Positions 24,670 to 35,310 of a stretch of 64,000 bases of DNA are shown here, one piece after another. Under the pieces are notes generated by a model. The model searched no databases. It worked only from the letters and a program-made list of their open reading frames with translations, and was not told the DNA's origin. Position 1 is the stretch's first letter; each line of letters opens with the position of its first letter. Origin of the DNA: Octopus sinensis (lineage: Eukaryota); assembly GCF_006345805.1 (NCBI RefSeq), contig NC_042998.1, positions 53,382,001 to 53,446,000 on the forward strand. Direction: 5' to 3'. The translations under genes and the position numbers were made by a program.

Positions 24670-25030
24670 TCAAATGGTCTTAATATTTCTCTTGTTTTTC
24701 ACATGTCTTAATATTTCTCCTGTATTTGTATAATATCATTACTTTGGACTTCCCTGTAGTAACCTTAGCTTTGAGGAAAAGAATCAAAATGAAAAAATAT
24801 AAGATATACTTTAGCAAACTTCCTCCATTGTCCAATTTAATAAAAGCTATCATAATTTCAACAAGCATTTTGTAATATGTGGGCATTGACGTTTCCAAGA
24901 ATCTTTAGAATAAGAGATATATATTCTGCCCAATCTTCTAATTTAAATTCAAACATAGTGTTTGCAGAAATGACATTTTTCATTAGTTCTTTAATTTGTG
25001 GCTCACTAAAAATATCAGATATTAATTATT
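24670..25030 (-). pseudogene. Highly degraded DNA transposase fragment (Chapaev3/CMC-like)
   Basis: Minus strand IFSEPQIKELMK...EDW...KILGNVNA / YYKMLVEIM / KVYLIFFHFDSFPQS resembles the IFVGPQIRELM...FLGN...KIHFLHSHLDFFPENLG motif series. Confidence 0.5.
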
Positions 25031-25559
25031 TATCGTTAACCCCACTCGCTTCAAAATATCTAAAGAATACGCACAGATCATGAATGGCTAAAAGTTAAGT
25101 GAATCGTCCAACCTCGCTACGACTACCTTCTTTCTTGCACTTATCCTTATTCTTTCTCTATTCTTCAATTTCCATCTCATTGTATTGTCCCTCATTCTTT
25201 CAGTATTCCCTCATTACCCTGTCTAGCTCAAACATTTTTTTTTTTTTTTTTCGTTTAGACTTGTCTCCAGGTTCATAGCCACTCTGATTTTTCAATTTTT
25301 CAATTTTTCATTTAGTATTGTCTCCCGATTCATACAAACCCATTTGCTAGCTCACGATTAACAGAACCTCTTTACTCAGCTACGGTGCACCCGCCCTCCC
25401 ACCCCCACCACGCATGCCGGAAGTTCCTATTCTCTTCCATTCCGGGGTTGCTTCCCATGAAGACTGCAAATGCTCTCACCATCCCTACCCCTCCCTACCC
25501 CTAGTCTCGACCTATGTAAGGTAATGTTCATACAGTGCAAAATATGAAAGGCTAGCGTT

Positions 25560-28304
25560 ATGCAGGTTGTACTGAAGGCTACTTTACTACTTCATTTCTT
25601 GCACATGAATTCTGCCAAATGCGAGCTTTCTTTTCAGGTACACGAAGCTACTGTCCACCGTCCCAGGGTCTCTAGAGCCCATGCCTTCCACACCCTCAGG
25701 GTTGGCACCCTCAACGTTGGCACTCTGAAAGGTAGGTCTGGTGAGATAGTCGAGATGCTTGAACGGAGATGTGTGGATATATGTTGCATGCAAGAAATAA
25801 GGTGGAGAGGAGGATCAGCTAGGTTCCTCACAGGCAAGGAACGCAGGTACAAGATTTTCTGGGCAGGGAACACTGACGGGGTTGGTGGCGTGGGTATACT
25901 TATCGCTGAGAAATGGGTAGATAAAGTAATTGAGGTAATCAGAGTAAGTGACAGAATACTTAAGATTAGATTAGTGCTTCATCATAGTTTAGCAACCATT
26001 ATATCAGCCTATGCTCCTCAGTCGGGGCTACCTGATGGACAGAAAGACCGATTCTATGACACTCTACTGCAGACTACCTCATTGACGAACGACAGTGACC
26101 TTATCTTTGTGGCTGGTGACTTCAATGGTCACGTTGGACGACATGCTGGGGGCTTCCATGGCGTACATGGAGGCTATGGCTATGGCTCCCGCAACGAGGA
26201 GGGAACCAGGCTGCTGGAGTTCTGCGATGCAAATAATCTTATGATCTGCAACACTAACTTCAGGAAACCTACCAGCCACCTAGTCACTTACCAATCAGGC
26301 CAACATACCAGCCAAATTGACTACATCCTTACAAGGCAAAGAGAGAGATGGCTGCTTATAAATGCCAAAACCTTCCCAGGTGAAGAATGTACCCCACAAC
26401 ATAGACTGGTAGTTAGTGACTTTAGGATCAGGACTAGGAGGACAACCAGAAGACGACAAATATGGAGAAGAAGGATCTGGAAGCTTAAAGATCCTGCAAA
26501 TGGACAGAGATTTAGGGACATATTACTTGAAGCCTCTGACGAAGTAGAAGGGGATAGAGCATCACAGGGGGTAGAAGACAGCTGGACGTTTCTAAGGGAC
26601 AACCTGCTGAGAGCCACTGACCAGATCTGTGGCTGGTGCAAAGTCCCCTCTCGACCTAGAATAACGTGGTGGTGGAACAATATTGTAGACAGGGCTATTA
26701 GAGAAAAGAGACAGGCTTGGAAGGTCTGGAAAAATGGGGGTAGCAGGGAATTGTATCAGACTGCCAAAAGAGAAGCTAGGAGACAGGTTTATTTAGCGAG
26801 AGGGGAAGCAGATAAGAAAAAATTTGCCAATGTTCTGCGCTGTGAGGACCAAAGACTGGAGGTGTTTCGTGTTGCAAGACAGTGTGTGAGAGAGAATCGT
26901 GATGTGGTAGGAGAGAAGTGTGTTCGCATGGAAGATGGTTCACTTGCGCTAAATGAGGATGCAAAGAGAGAGGTTTGGAGATGCCACTATGAAAGGTTGC
27001 TGAATGAAGAAAATGAATGGGATAAAGAGAGTCTGCCGAATGTTGACCCAACAGAGGGACCAGCTATCCGAGTTGATAGTTCTGTGGTAGCTAAGGCAAT
27101 TAGAAGCATGAAGACAGGGAAAACCCCAGGCCCATCAGGAATCACTGCAGAGATGCTCAAAATGTCTGGTAGTGTCGGCTATAGCCTAGTCACCCATATA
27201 GTTAATCAGGTGATACACAAAGGGGTCATACCCAATGATTGGTGTAGCAGTATAATAGTCAACTGCTACAAAGGTAAAGGTGATGCCCTAGATACAAATA
27301 ACTACAGAGGTATCAAGCTGTTGGACCAGGTGATGAAGGTTACGGAGAGGGTCATAGCCCAACTAATTAGAGAGAGAGTTAGTTTAGATGAGATGCAGTT
27401 TGGGTTTGTGCCAGGGAAAAGTACTACTGATGCTATATTCCTGGTAAGGCAGCTGCAGGAGAAATACCTAGCCAAAGATAAGCCCCTGTACCTGGCTTTT
27501 GTTGACATGGAGAAAGCCTTCGACAGGGTCCCCCGATCCCTTATCTGGTGGGCAATGAGAAAACTAGGGATAGATGAATGGTTAGTGAGAGCTGTGCGGG
27601 CCATGTATAGGGACGCCGCTAGTAGGGTGAGGGTTGGAAATGAGTACAGTGAAGAATTCCGGGTAGAGGTAGGGGTCCACCAAGGCTCAGTACTCAGCCC
27701 CCTCCTATTTATCATAGTCCTCCAGGCAATAACGGAGGAATTCAAGACAGGATGCCCTTGGGAGCTCCTCTATGCTGATGACCTTGCTCTAATTGCTGAG
27801 TCGCTATCAGAACTGGAGGAGAAGTTTCAGGTGTGGAAACAAGGATTAGAATCGAAGGGCCTCAGAGTCAATCTAGCTAAAACCAAAGTCGTAATCAGTA
27901 GGAAGGTAGACAAATCACAAACACCTTCAGGTAGATGGCCCTGCTCGATCTGTAGAAAAGGTGTAGGTAGAAACTCTATAAGATGCACCAAGTGTAAGCT
28001 ATGGACACATAAGAGATGCAGCAATGTCAAAGGAAGGCTAACTAGGAAGATGGTTTTTGTATGTGGCAGATGCTCAGGAACAATAAACACTGAAAATGCT
28101 CTGAGACCAACTTCCGTCACTTTCCAGGGAGAAAAACTAGAAATAGTTGATAGTTTCCGTTACCTAGGTGACCAAGTCAGCAGCGGGGGCGGGTGTGCTG
28201 AAAGTGTAACTGCTAGAGTAAGAATAGCTTGGGCAAAGTTCAGAGAGCTCTTACCTCTGCTGGTGACAAAAGGCCTCTCGCACAGTGAAAGGCAGACTGT
28301 ATGA
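25560..28304 (+). CDS. LINE ORF2, part 1: APE endonuclease + reverse transcriptase + PHD-like finger
   Basis: LRVGTLNVGTL, DICCMQEIRW, AGDFNGHVG, QIDYIL, QHRLVV (APE); YRGIKLL, QFGF, FVDMEKAFDRV, GVHQGSVLSPLLF, YADD at 27771, FRYLG (RT); C-x2-C-x10-C-x2-C-x4-H-x2-C-x14-C-x2-C at 27942-28073. Confidence 0.95.
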   Translation: MQVVLKATLLLHFLHMNSAKCELSFQVHEATVHRPRVSRAHAFHTLRVGTLNVGTLKGRSGEIVEMLERRCVDICCMQEIRWRGGSARFLTGKERRYKIFWAGNTDGVGGVGILIAEKWVDKVIEVIRVSDRILKIRLVLHHSLATIISAYAPQSGLPDGQKDRFYDTLLQTTSLTNDSDLIFVAGDFNGHVGRHAGGFHGVHGGYGYGSRNEEGTRLLEFCDANNLMICNTNFRKPTSHLVTYQSGQHTSQIDYILTRQRERWLLINAKTFPGEECTPQHRLVVSDFRIRTRRTTRRRQIWRRRIWKLKDPANGQRFRDILLEASDEVEGDRASQGVEDSWTFLRDNLLRATDQICGWCKVPSRPRITWWWNNIVDRAIREKRQAWKVWKNGGSRELYQTAKREARRQVYLARGEADKKKFANVLRCEDQRLEVFRVARQCVRENRDVVGEKCVRMEDGSLALNEDAKREVWRCHYERLLNEENEWDKESLPNVDPTEGPAIRVDSSVVAKAIRSMKTGKTPGPSGITAEMLKMSGSVGYSLVTHIVNQVIHKGVIPNDWCSSIIVNCYKGKGDALDTNNYRGIKLLDQVMKVTERVIAQLIRERVSLDEMQFGFVPGKSTTDAIFLVRQLQEKYLAKDKPLYLAFVDMEKAFDRVPRSLIWWAMRKLGIDEWLVRAVRAMYRDAASRVRVGNEYSEEFRVEVGVHQGSVLSPLLFIIVLQAITEEFKTGCPWELLYADDLALIAESLSELEEKFQVWKQGLESKGLRVNLAKTKVVISRKVDKSQTPSGRWPCSICRKGVGRNSIRCTKCKLWTHKRCSNVKGRLTRKMVFVCGRCSGTINTENALRPTSVTFQGEKLEIVDSFRYLGDQVSSGGGCAESVTARVRIAWAKFRELLPLLVTKGLSHSERQTV

Positions 28305-28725
28305 TGCGTGTGTACGAACAGCCATGCTACATGGCAGTGAAACATGGGCCGTGACTGCTGAGGATATGCGTAAGCTCGCTAGAAATGAAGCCAGTATGCT
28401 CCGATGGATGTGTAATGCCGGTACTCACACTTGGCAGAGTGTAAGTACCTTGAGAGAAAAGCTGGACCTAAGAAGCATCAGTTGTGGTGTGCAAGAGAGA
28501 CGTTTGCGCTGGTATGGTCATGTGGCGAGAATGGATGAAGATAGTTGTGTGAAAAAGTGCCACACCCTAGCGGTTGAGGGAACCTGTGGAAGAGGCAGAC
28601 CCAGGAAAACCTGGGACGAGGTGGTGAAGCACGACCTTCGAACTTTAGGTCTCACTGAGGAAATGACTAGAGACCGAGACCTCTGGAAGTGTGCTGTGCG
28701 CGAGAAGACCCGGCAGGACAAGTGA
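28285..28725 (+). CDS. LINE ORF2, part 2 (C-terminus after a 2-nt deletion frameshift)
   Basis: VKGRLYDACVRTAMLHGSETW...RRLRWYGHV...GRGRPRKTW continues ORF2 homology in a shifted frame. Confidence 0.9.
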   Translation: MKGRLYDACVRTAMLHGSETWAVTAEDMRKLARNEASMLRWMCNAGTHTWQSVSTLREKLDLRSISCGVQERRLRWYGHVARMDEDSCVKKCHTLAVEGTCGRGRPRKTWDEVVKHDLRTLGLTEEMTRDRDLWKCAVREKTRQDK

Positions 28726-28797
28726 GTCCACAACCCGTGGCCTTCTACATGGGATGGAGCCAGCCTACGTATGCATACCTTCCCTTCTTGGGACACA

Positions 28798-29005
28798 AAA
28801 CTCTACTTGTGAAGACGTGTTGAGGCAAGTGAGGATCAGAATCGAAATCGATCAATGGAAATTGCGGATGTGCTACCAGTGCCGGTGGCATGTCGAAACT
28901 CTGCTTGTGAAGACCCATTGAGGCAAGTGAGGATCAGAATCGAAATCGATCAATGGAAATCGATCAATGGAAATTGCAGATGTGTTACCAGTGCCGGTGG
29001 CATGT
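28798..29005. repeat. ~98-bp tandem duplication in the LINE 3' UTR with a nested short duplication
   Basis: aaactct(a/g)cttgtgaagac...ccagtgccggtggcatgt at 28798 and 28896; aaatcgatcaatgg is doubled in the second unit. Confidence 0.9.
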
Positions 29006-29702
29006 AAGAGAACTTTCCGTTTCGCGACCGTTGCCAGCACCGCCCCGTTTCGTGTCCGTTGCCAGCCTCGCCTGGCCCTCGTGCCGGTGGCACATAAAAA
29101 GCACCATCTGTTCGTGGCCATTTGCCAGCTCTGTCTGGCACCAGTGCGGGTGGCACATAAAAAGCACCCACTACACTCACGGAGTGGTTGGCGTTAGGAA
29201 GGGCATCCAGCCGTAGAAACACTGCCAGATTTGACTGGGCCTGATGAAGCCTTCTGGCTTCACAGACCCCAGTAGAACCGTCCAACCCATGCTAGCATGG
29301 AAAACGGACGCTAAATGATGATGATGATGATGATATAGGAGGAGACTTATTACAAAGGTCTTTAAATATGCTAACTCTATTACTGTTATAGACATTTTAA
29401 CATAACACCCAAAATTTATGAGCTGTAGTAGTGGTGGTTAGGAAACTTTTCTTGAAATAAGCACACACACACATGCACACACACTAATAAAATAATAGGG
29501 TGTGAGTCTGATAATTTTTTATATAAATTGCATATTATCTCATATATATCATAAGAAAAATGCATGAACACCTACAGTGATACACACAAACACACACATA
29601 TTGCAGTAGTCCTGCAGCTTTTCTAAACCCAGTAAAAGAACTCAGAAGGTTGGGTCTTTTGTGATACCCTTAAGGCCAGGAACTTTTCAGCACTCTCTTG
29701 TA

Positions 29703-29859
<157 letters not shown>

Positions 29860-31489
29860 ATAAATTCTTATAATTATGAGAATAATTATAATTAGGTTTC
29901 AACAAAAAATTTGCTTCACCACATACCGAAATTTAGAAATAGCAGTTAAAACTCGTTATTTCTCTGCCGTAAGAAAATCTCCTAGACAACAATGCTCAAC
30001 AACCCACGTAGGCTAAGAGAAATTTAAAATCTTGAAATACTGTACTGAAGAGTGAGAATGATGGAGTGGAAATGTGGTTTTTGCATTTTTCACATCTATC
30101 TAATTCTGAAACGCATCTACAGTTAATCAAAGCCAGGTGAATTCGTTATTTTTTCTCTTTCACTGCATAACTAAATTTTATAATCATTCCCATAATGACA
30201 TTAATTATCCACCAAAAAATAGAATATTTAATTTTTTTTTTATATATTATGTTTCTCCTTTGCAACACCATACCAGTTTCTGTCCTCATTCTTGGTCACT
30301 CTCTCTCTCTCTCTTTCTGGTCAGGTAACCATGTACCTTCTCTACAGCAAGACACCTGTTTCTACCTCTCTAATTTACTATATAACCTTTCATCATCTGA
30401 CACAGGATGACCTCTTCCAATGCTCCAACCCCTCTCAAAGGATCTTTGTCTTGCAAGTTACTTGGTGACCTTGCCAGTGTTGATGTCACTTAAAAGCATC
30501 CAGTCCACACTGTAAAATGGTTGGCATTTGGAAGGGCATCCAGCTGTAAAAACCATATCAAAATCAACCTCACTTGTGCTCATGCCACATAAAAAGCACT
30601 CAGTCCACTCTGCATAAAATCACTGCCAAAACAGACACAGAAGTCTGGTGCAGGCTCCTGTCAAACCATCCAACCCATGCCAGCATGGAAGGTAGACGTT
30701 AAGCAATGATGATAATTATGATATGTAGATCTGAAACATATGTATTCTTTCCTGCTATAGGCATATGGCCTGAAATTATTAGATCAACCCCAGTACACAG
30801 CTGGTACTTAATTTTTTTACCCCAAAAGGATAAAAGGCAAAGCTAACCTCAGCAGAATTTGAACTCAGATTGTAAAGACAGAAGAAATATTGCTAAGAAT
30901 TTTGCCTGGCATGCTAATGTTTCTGCTAGCTTGCCACCTTCTGAAACATATGTAGCACATGCTATCAAAATATTATTATTTGGTTTGACTTCAGTTTTAC
31001 AATTTATACAACTTGATGCCAGCACAAACTAGTCTATTCTGGTTCCACTTTTGCTGATGCTCTAACAAGGATTTGGAGTAGTTTGTTGTATTTGACTTGA
31101 GTTGACAATTCTTATACAGTGTTATGCTTTTAAGCAAGACAAGAAAATTGGCATTTATTTATTAAAAAAATGAATTTCTGTTCAACCAAAATTTCTATGT
31201 GAGAAAAACCTCTGGGGGCATTTTTGAATATAGCACCATCAAATTAGGTGTGACTAATTGTAAAATGCAAGACAACTAAAAATTTCTCTGGAAATGTCCT
31301 CCAGTGGAATCGATTTACAATGACGATTTAAAGTCTTGACATGGTATACAAGATATGAACTACTAATAACTGATATGTATATAGAACACACTCACACACG
31401 TATGTGTGTATATATAAATGTATGTGTGTGTGTGTATGTATATATATATATACAAACACACAAGCATATCTGCATACATACATATATAC

Positions 31490-31522
<33 letters not shown>

Positions 31523-31534
31523 CGTGTATGTATA

Positions 31535-32131
31535 TAGGGGGTGGTGAATAAATTGTCGTCTAAATTATGTAAAAATGAAAATAACACTGACAAATCATTT
31601 TAACAGATATATTTATCAAAATTACATAAAAATATCTTGAAATTTATTTAATAAAATCATCATTAGCTTCGACCACGGCCTCCAGATGACTTTGGAATCT
31701 CCTGCAACTTTCCTGGATGGTCTCCCTGTTTAAGTTGGTGAATGCTGCCGTAATCCTTGCTTTCAGTTCATCTTTGGTGTTACAAGGAGTTTTGTTGGTC
31801 TCTCGCTCAACTATGTCCCATGCATAATAATCACGGGTGTTGCAGTAAAGGGAGTTAGGTGGCCAGATGTTAGAGGTGATGTGGTCACAGAAATTGTCTG
31901 ACAGCCATCACTGGGTTCTACTACTTGTGTGGCATGGGACAGAGACCTGTTGCCTGACATAGGGTCTTCCAGCAGCCACCTTCTTGACCCAAGGCAACAC
32001 TGCCTCCTCCAGGCACTTGATGTATGCCTCTGTGTTGAGTGTGAGGCCATGTGAAAAGATAAATCTAGACATAGCGTCGCATGTGCGAAATTAAAAATAT
32101 AAAATGGCGACAATTTACTCATCGCACTCTG
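31535..32131 (-). mobile_element. Internally deleted maT (DD37D)-type Tc1/mariner element with both TIRs and TA flanks
   Basis: Minus strand GRPYVRQQ(V)SVPCHTSSRTQ*WLSDNFCDHITSNIWPPNSLYCNTRDYY: 37 residues between the second and third catalytic positions; imperfect TIR cag(a/g)gtgcgatgagtaaattgtcg at both ends. Confidence 0.85.
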
Positions 32132-32141
32132 TATATATACA

Positions 32142-32177
<36 letters not shown>

Positions 32178-32214
32178 TGTATGTCATCATCATCGTTCAA
32201 CATCTGTATGTATG

Positions 32215-32253
<39 letters not shown>

Positions 32254-34924
32254 GCACATAGATACATTTATGTATGTATGTATGTATAGAAAACCTTAAC
32301 ATAATTATAGAATGATAGGTAAATAGGTTGCTTTAAATCAGCATGCTTGAAATTACTGAAATATATTCAATTATGTTCAATAGAAATAAAATTTGGTGTA
32401 GACACATGTTTTTAAACTGTAAATTAAAATTGATGCCTATATTTCAACTACGCAGACGTACACAATCAGTGCCATAGAGCTGTAAACAACAAGAACAAGA
32501 AGAAAAAAAATGTTGTAATAAATTAAGTAATGTCTTTGATAACCAAATAACTTTTCAAGTGAAGAAATTTTATGTAAATAATTACCTAATTTATTTTTGA
32601 TTGTTGATGAATTATTTTATTTTTGTTTGATTCAATAATGACTAAAACAGCTGCATAGAGATATTAATTAAAAGGATATCAAATTAACATATTTATCACA
32701 TTTATCCCCTGCTTTATTGAATTCTGTGCTTCTCTGCAAGAAATGGTTCTACTTATGAGAAAATATTTCAACAGCTTTAACTGTCGAGTCTCAGAAAATA
32801 TAACAGATATAAAAATATATATAAGAATAAATGTGTGTCAGTAACAACAACTCTAAACATATGTTATCAAAGCACTAAAACGCTGCAACATCAGGCTAAG
32901 TTCTCATTAGAAAAATCATTTAAAAACTTCCAATAATCTTCAGCTGGTTAAGAGTTATGACTTCAAATCCACTTCAAATCAGACTAATCTTTATATTTGA
33001 CAAAACACTTAATTGTAAATTATGTTATTTCCCCAAGCTCTAAGGTGGCAAGCTGGAAAAATTGTTAGCACATCAGATAAGATTTTTAGCAGCATTGCAT
33101 CAATCTTTTACATTTTGAGCTCAAGTTCCACCAAGGTTAACTTTGTCTTTCATCCTTTTGGGGGTCAATGATATAAATATCAGTTGACCACTGGGCTCAA
33201 TGTAATCAGCTACTCCCTTACCCCACCCACCTACCAAATTTCAGACTTTATACCTAAAGTAGAAATGATTATTTTATCAAGTTCAAAGGTGGTGAGCTGG
33301 CAGAATTGTTCATACATTGGACAAACTGCTTAGCAGCATTTCTGATAACTCTGTATGTTCTGGGTTCAAATCCTGCCCAGGTCAGTCCTGCTTTTCAGCC
33401 TTTTCGAGTTGATAAAATAAAGTACCACTTAAGTACTGGGGTCAATGTAGTCAACTTGCCCCCTCCCCTCACAATTACTGTCTTTGTGACAGAATTAGAA
33501 AGAATTATTTTGTCAGACTCTGCCAAATAGATTCTCTGTTGATTCCGAAATGTAACCTGAGATTAATTTGAGTCCTATCCAGAGATTTGTTTTTCAGTCA
33601 CCCACCTCCAAGGTAATTAGGATTGGTGCCACCACTATAAATCCATGGGATTCATAAAAAGCATTAATTAACTAAATCAATGTAGTTGTTTACTTCTGGT
33701 TACAAAAACAAAGGAAAATAAAACCTAGCATAGGTATAGCTGTACAGGCATAGGAGTGGCTGTGTGGTTAGTGGCTTGCTTACCAACCACATGGTTCCGG
33801 ATTCAGTCCCACTGTGTGGCACTTTGGGCAAGTGTTTTCTACTATAGCCTCAGGCCAACCAAAGCCTTGTGAGTGGATTTGGTAGACAGAAACTGAAAGA
33901 AGCTCGTCGTATATATGTATATATATATGTATGTGTGTGCATATGTTTGTGTGTCTGTGTTTGCCCCCCCAACATCGCTTGACAACCGATGCTGGTGTGT
34001 TTACGTCTCTGTAACTTAGTGGTTTGGCAAAAGACACCAATAGAATAAGTACTAGGTTTACAAAGAATAAGTCTTGGGGTCGGTCTGGTCGACTAAAGGC
34101 AGTGCTCCTGCATGGCCACAGTCAAATGACTGAAACAATTAAAAGAGATAGTTAAGAAGCTCACAATGCCACCAACATGGTTTTGGATTCAGTCCCTCTG
34201 CACAGCACTTTGGGCAAATGTTTTCTACAATATCCCTGAGGTGATCAAAGCTTTGTGAATGAATTTGATAGAGAGAAACTGTGAGGAAGCTCATCAAGTA
34301 TATGTACCTGCATTTACATACACATTTGTGAGTGTTTGTATTCGTCCCCTCATTGCCACCACTTGACCAATTAGAGTAAGTTTGTCTCCTTCCCTGTAAC
34401 TTAGCAATTTATTAAAAGAGACTAACAGAATAATTACAAGCCTTCAAAATTTAGTACTGAGGTCAATTTGTTCAACTAAACTTTTCAAGGTAGCCATCCT
34501 ATGACCAAAACTAGTAAAAAGCAAAAGGGAAAAGGTATACACCTGAAATCTGTATCTCAAAAGCTATTTCTAAAATACCTCAAGACTTTTTTGAATGCAT
34601 TTCAGCTCAGGAGCAAGATCTATCTCAGAAACTTCTGAACCATTCATGGATTTAGAAAAACTGATGCCACACTACTGCTGACAAAGTGAAGAGTTCTCTA
34701 GTAGACACAACATTAGAAAATACTTGAACATCATTTTGTAATGTCTATACAATATATTCCATCAATATCTTGCTTGTGCTTGGTCTACAATCAGTTTTCA
34801 TTAGATAATCGTAAATTAACATGTTTATAAATGGAACAAAATGTAGTAAAATGGACAGAAAGATGTTGAAGGGTATTAATAGTTTACCCCATGTATATAT
34901 ATGTATATATATATATATATATAT

Positions 34925-35094
34925 ACAGTTCAAATTTACAGAAAACAAAAGATGAAGACAGGTGTAGGAACAACATGCAGGTGTATTCATTTAACACTTG
35001 CGAAGAATGGAAGAGTCTTTCACATTTGGAGCCTATGCTCTTCGACAGAAAGGATTAAGAGGAAAAAATGGAGAGAGAATGAAAGAAAATGGAA
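34925..35094 (-). mobile_element. Dispersed repeat with a degenerate gaagagc..ggctc motif (PLE terminal-repeat-like); copies at 40590-40775 and a related one at 61400-61520
   Basis: acagttcaaatttacagaa...gagcctatgctcttc.acagaaagg is shared with 40590-40775. Confidence 0.55.
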
Positions 35095-35310
35095 AGCTAA
35101 AACAGTCTCCAATTTTTGTAGTGATGATGGCAGAGGATATCGACTCCTTACTTGTTTTTCTAAAATGCACCATAAATGTTCAATAATATTGAGATCTGGG
35201 GACTCAAACTTTACTAGAATGTTCCTTGTGCCATTCAGTAACAACTTTAGCTGTGTGAATTGGTGTATTATCATCCTGAAAAATTGTGTTTCCCTCCAGA
35301 AACAGGGGAC
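35095..35310 (-). pseudogene. Tc1-family transposase fragment
   Basis: TIFQDDNTPIHTAKVVTEW / ESPDLNIIEHLWCILEKQVRSRYPLPSSLQKLE. Confidence 0.85.

Larger units (their letters stand above)
25252..29334 (+). mobile_element. Near-full-length RTE/RTEX-like non-LTR retrotransposon (5' boundary uncertain, no TSD found)
   Basis: Single long APE-RT ORF, ~600-nt 3' UTR, (GAT)n tail ending at 29334; many truncated relatives in the window. Confidence 0.95.

Noticed and set aside
25587-28345. Several minus-strand ORFs of 60-150 aa within the LINE
   Set aside because: Antisense shadows of the long GC-richer ORF2.
34575-34700. Minus-strand segment MNGSEVSEIDLAPELKCIQKSLE followed by a GT
   Set aside because: Short, weak donor, no recognisable homology.
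35005-35050. Hammerhead-like gaagagc..ggctc motifs (also 40685-40720, 61472-61497)
   Set aside because: Core nucleotides are mutated (no intact CUGANGA plus GAAA pair); recorded only as degenerate terminal-repeat motifs.
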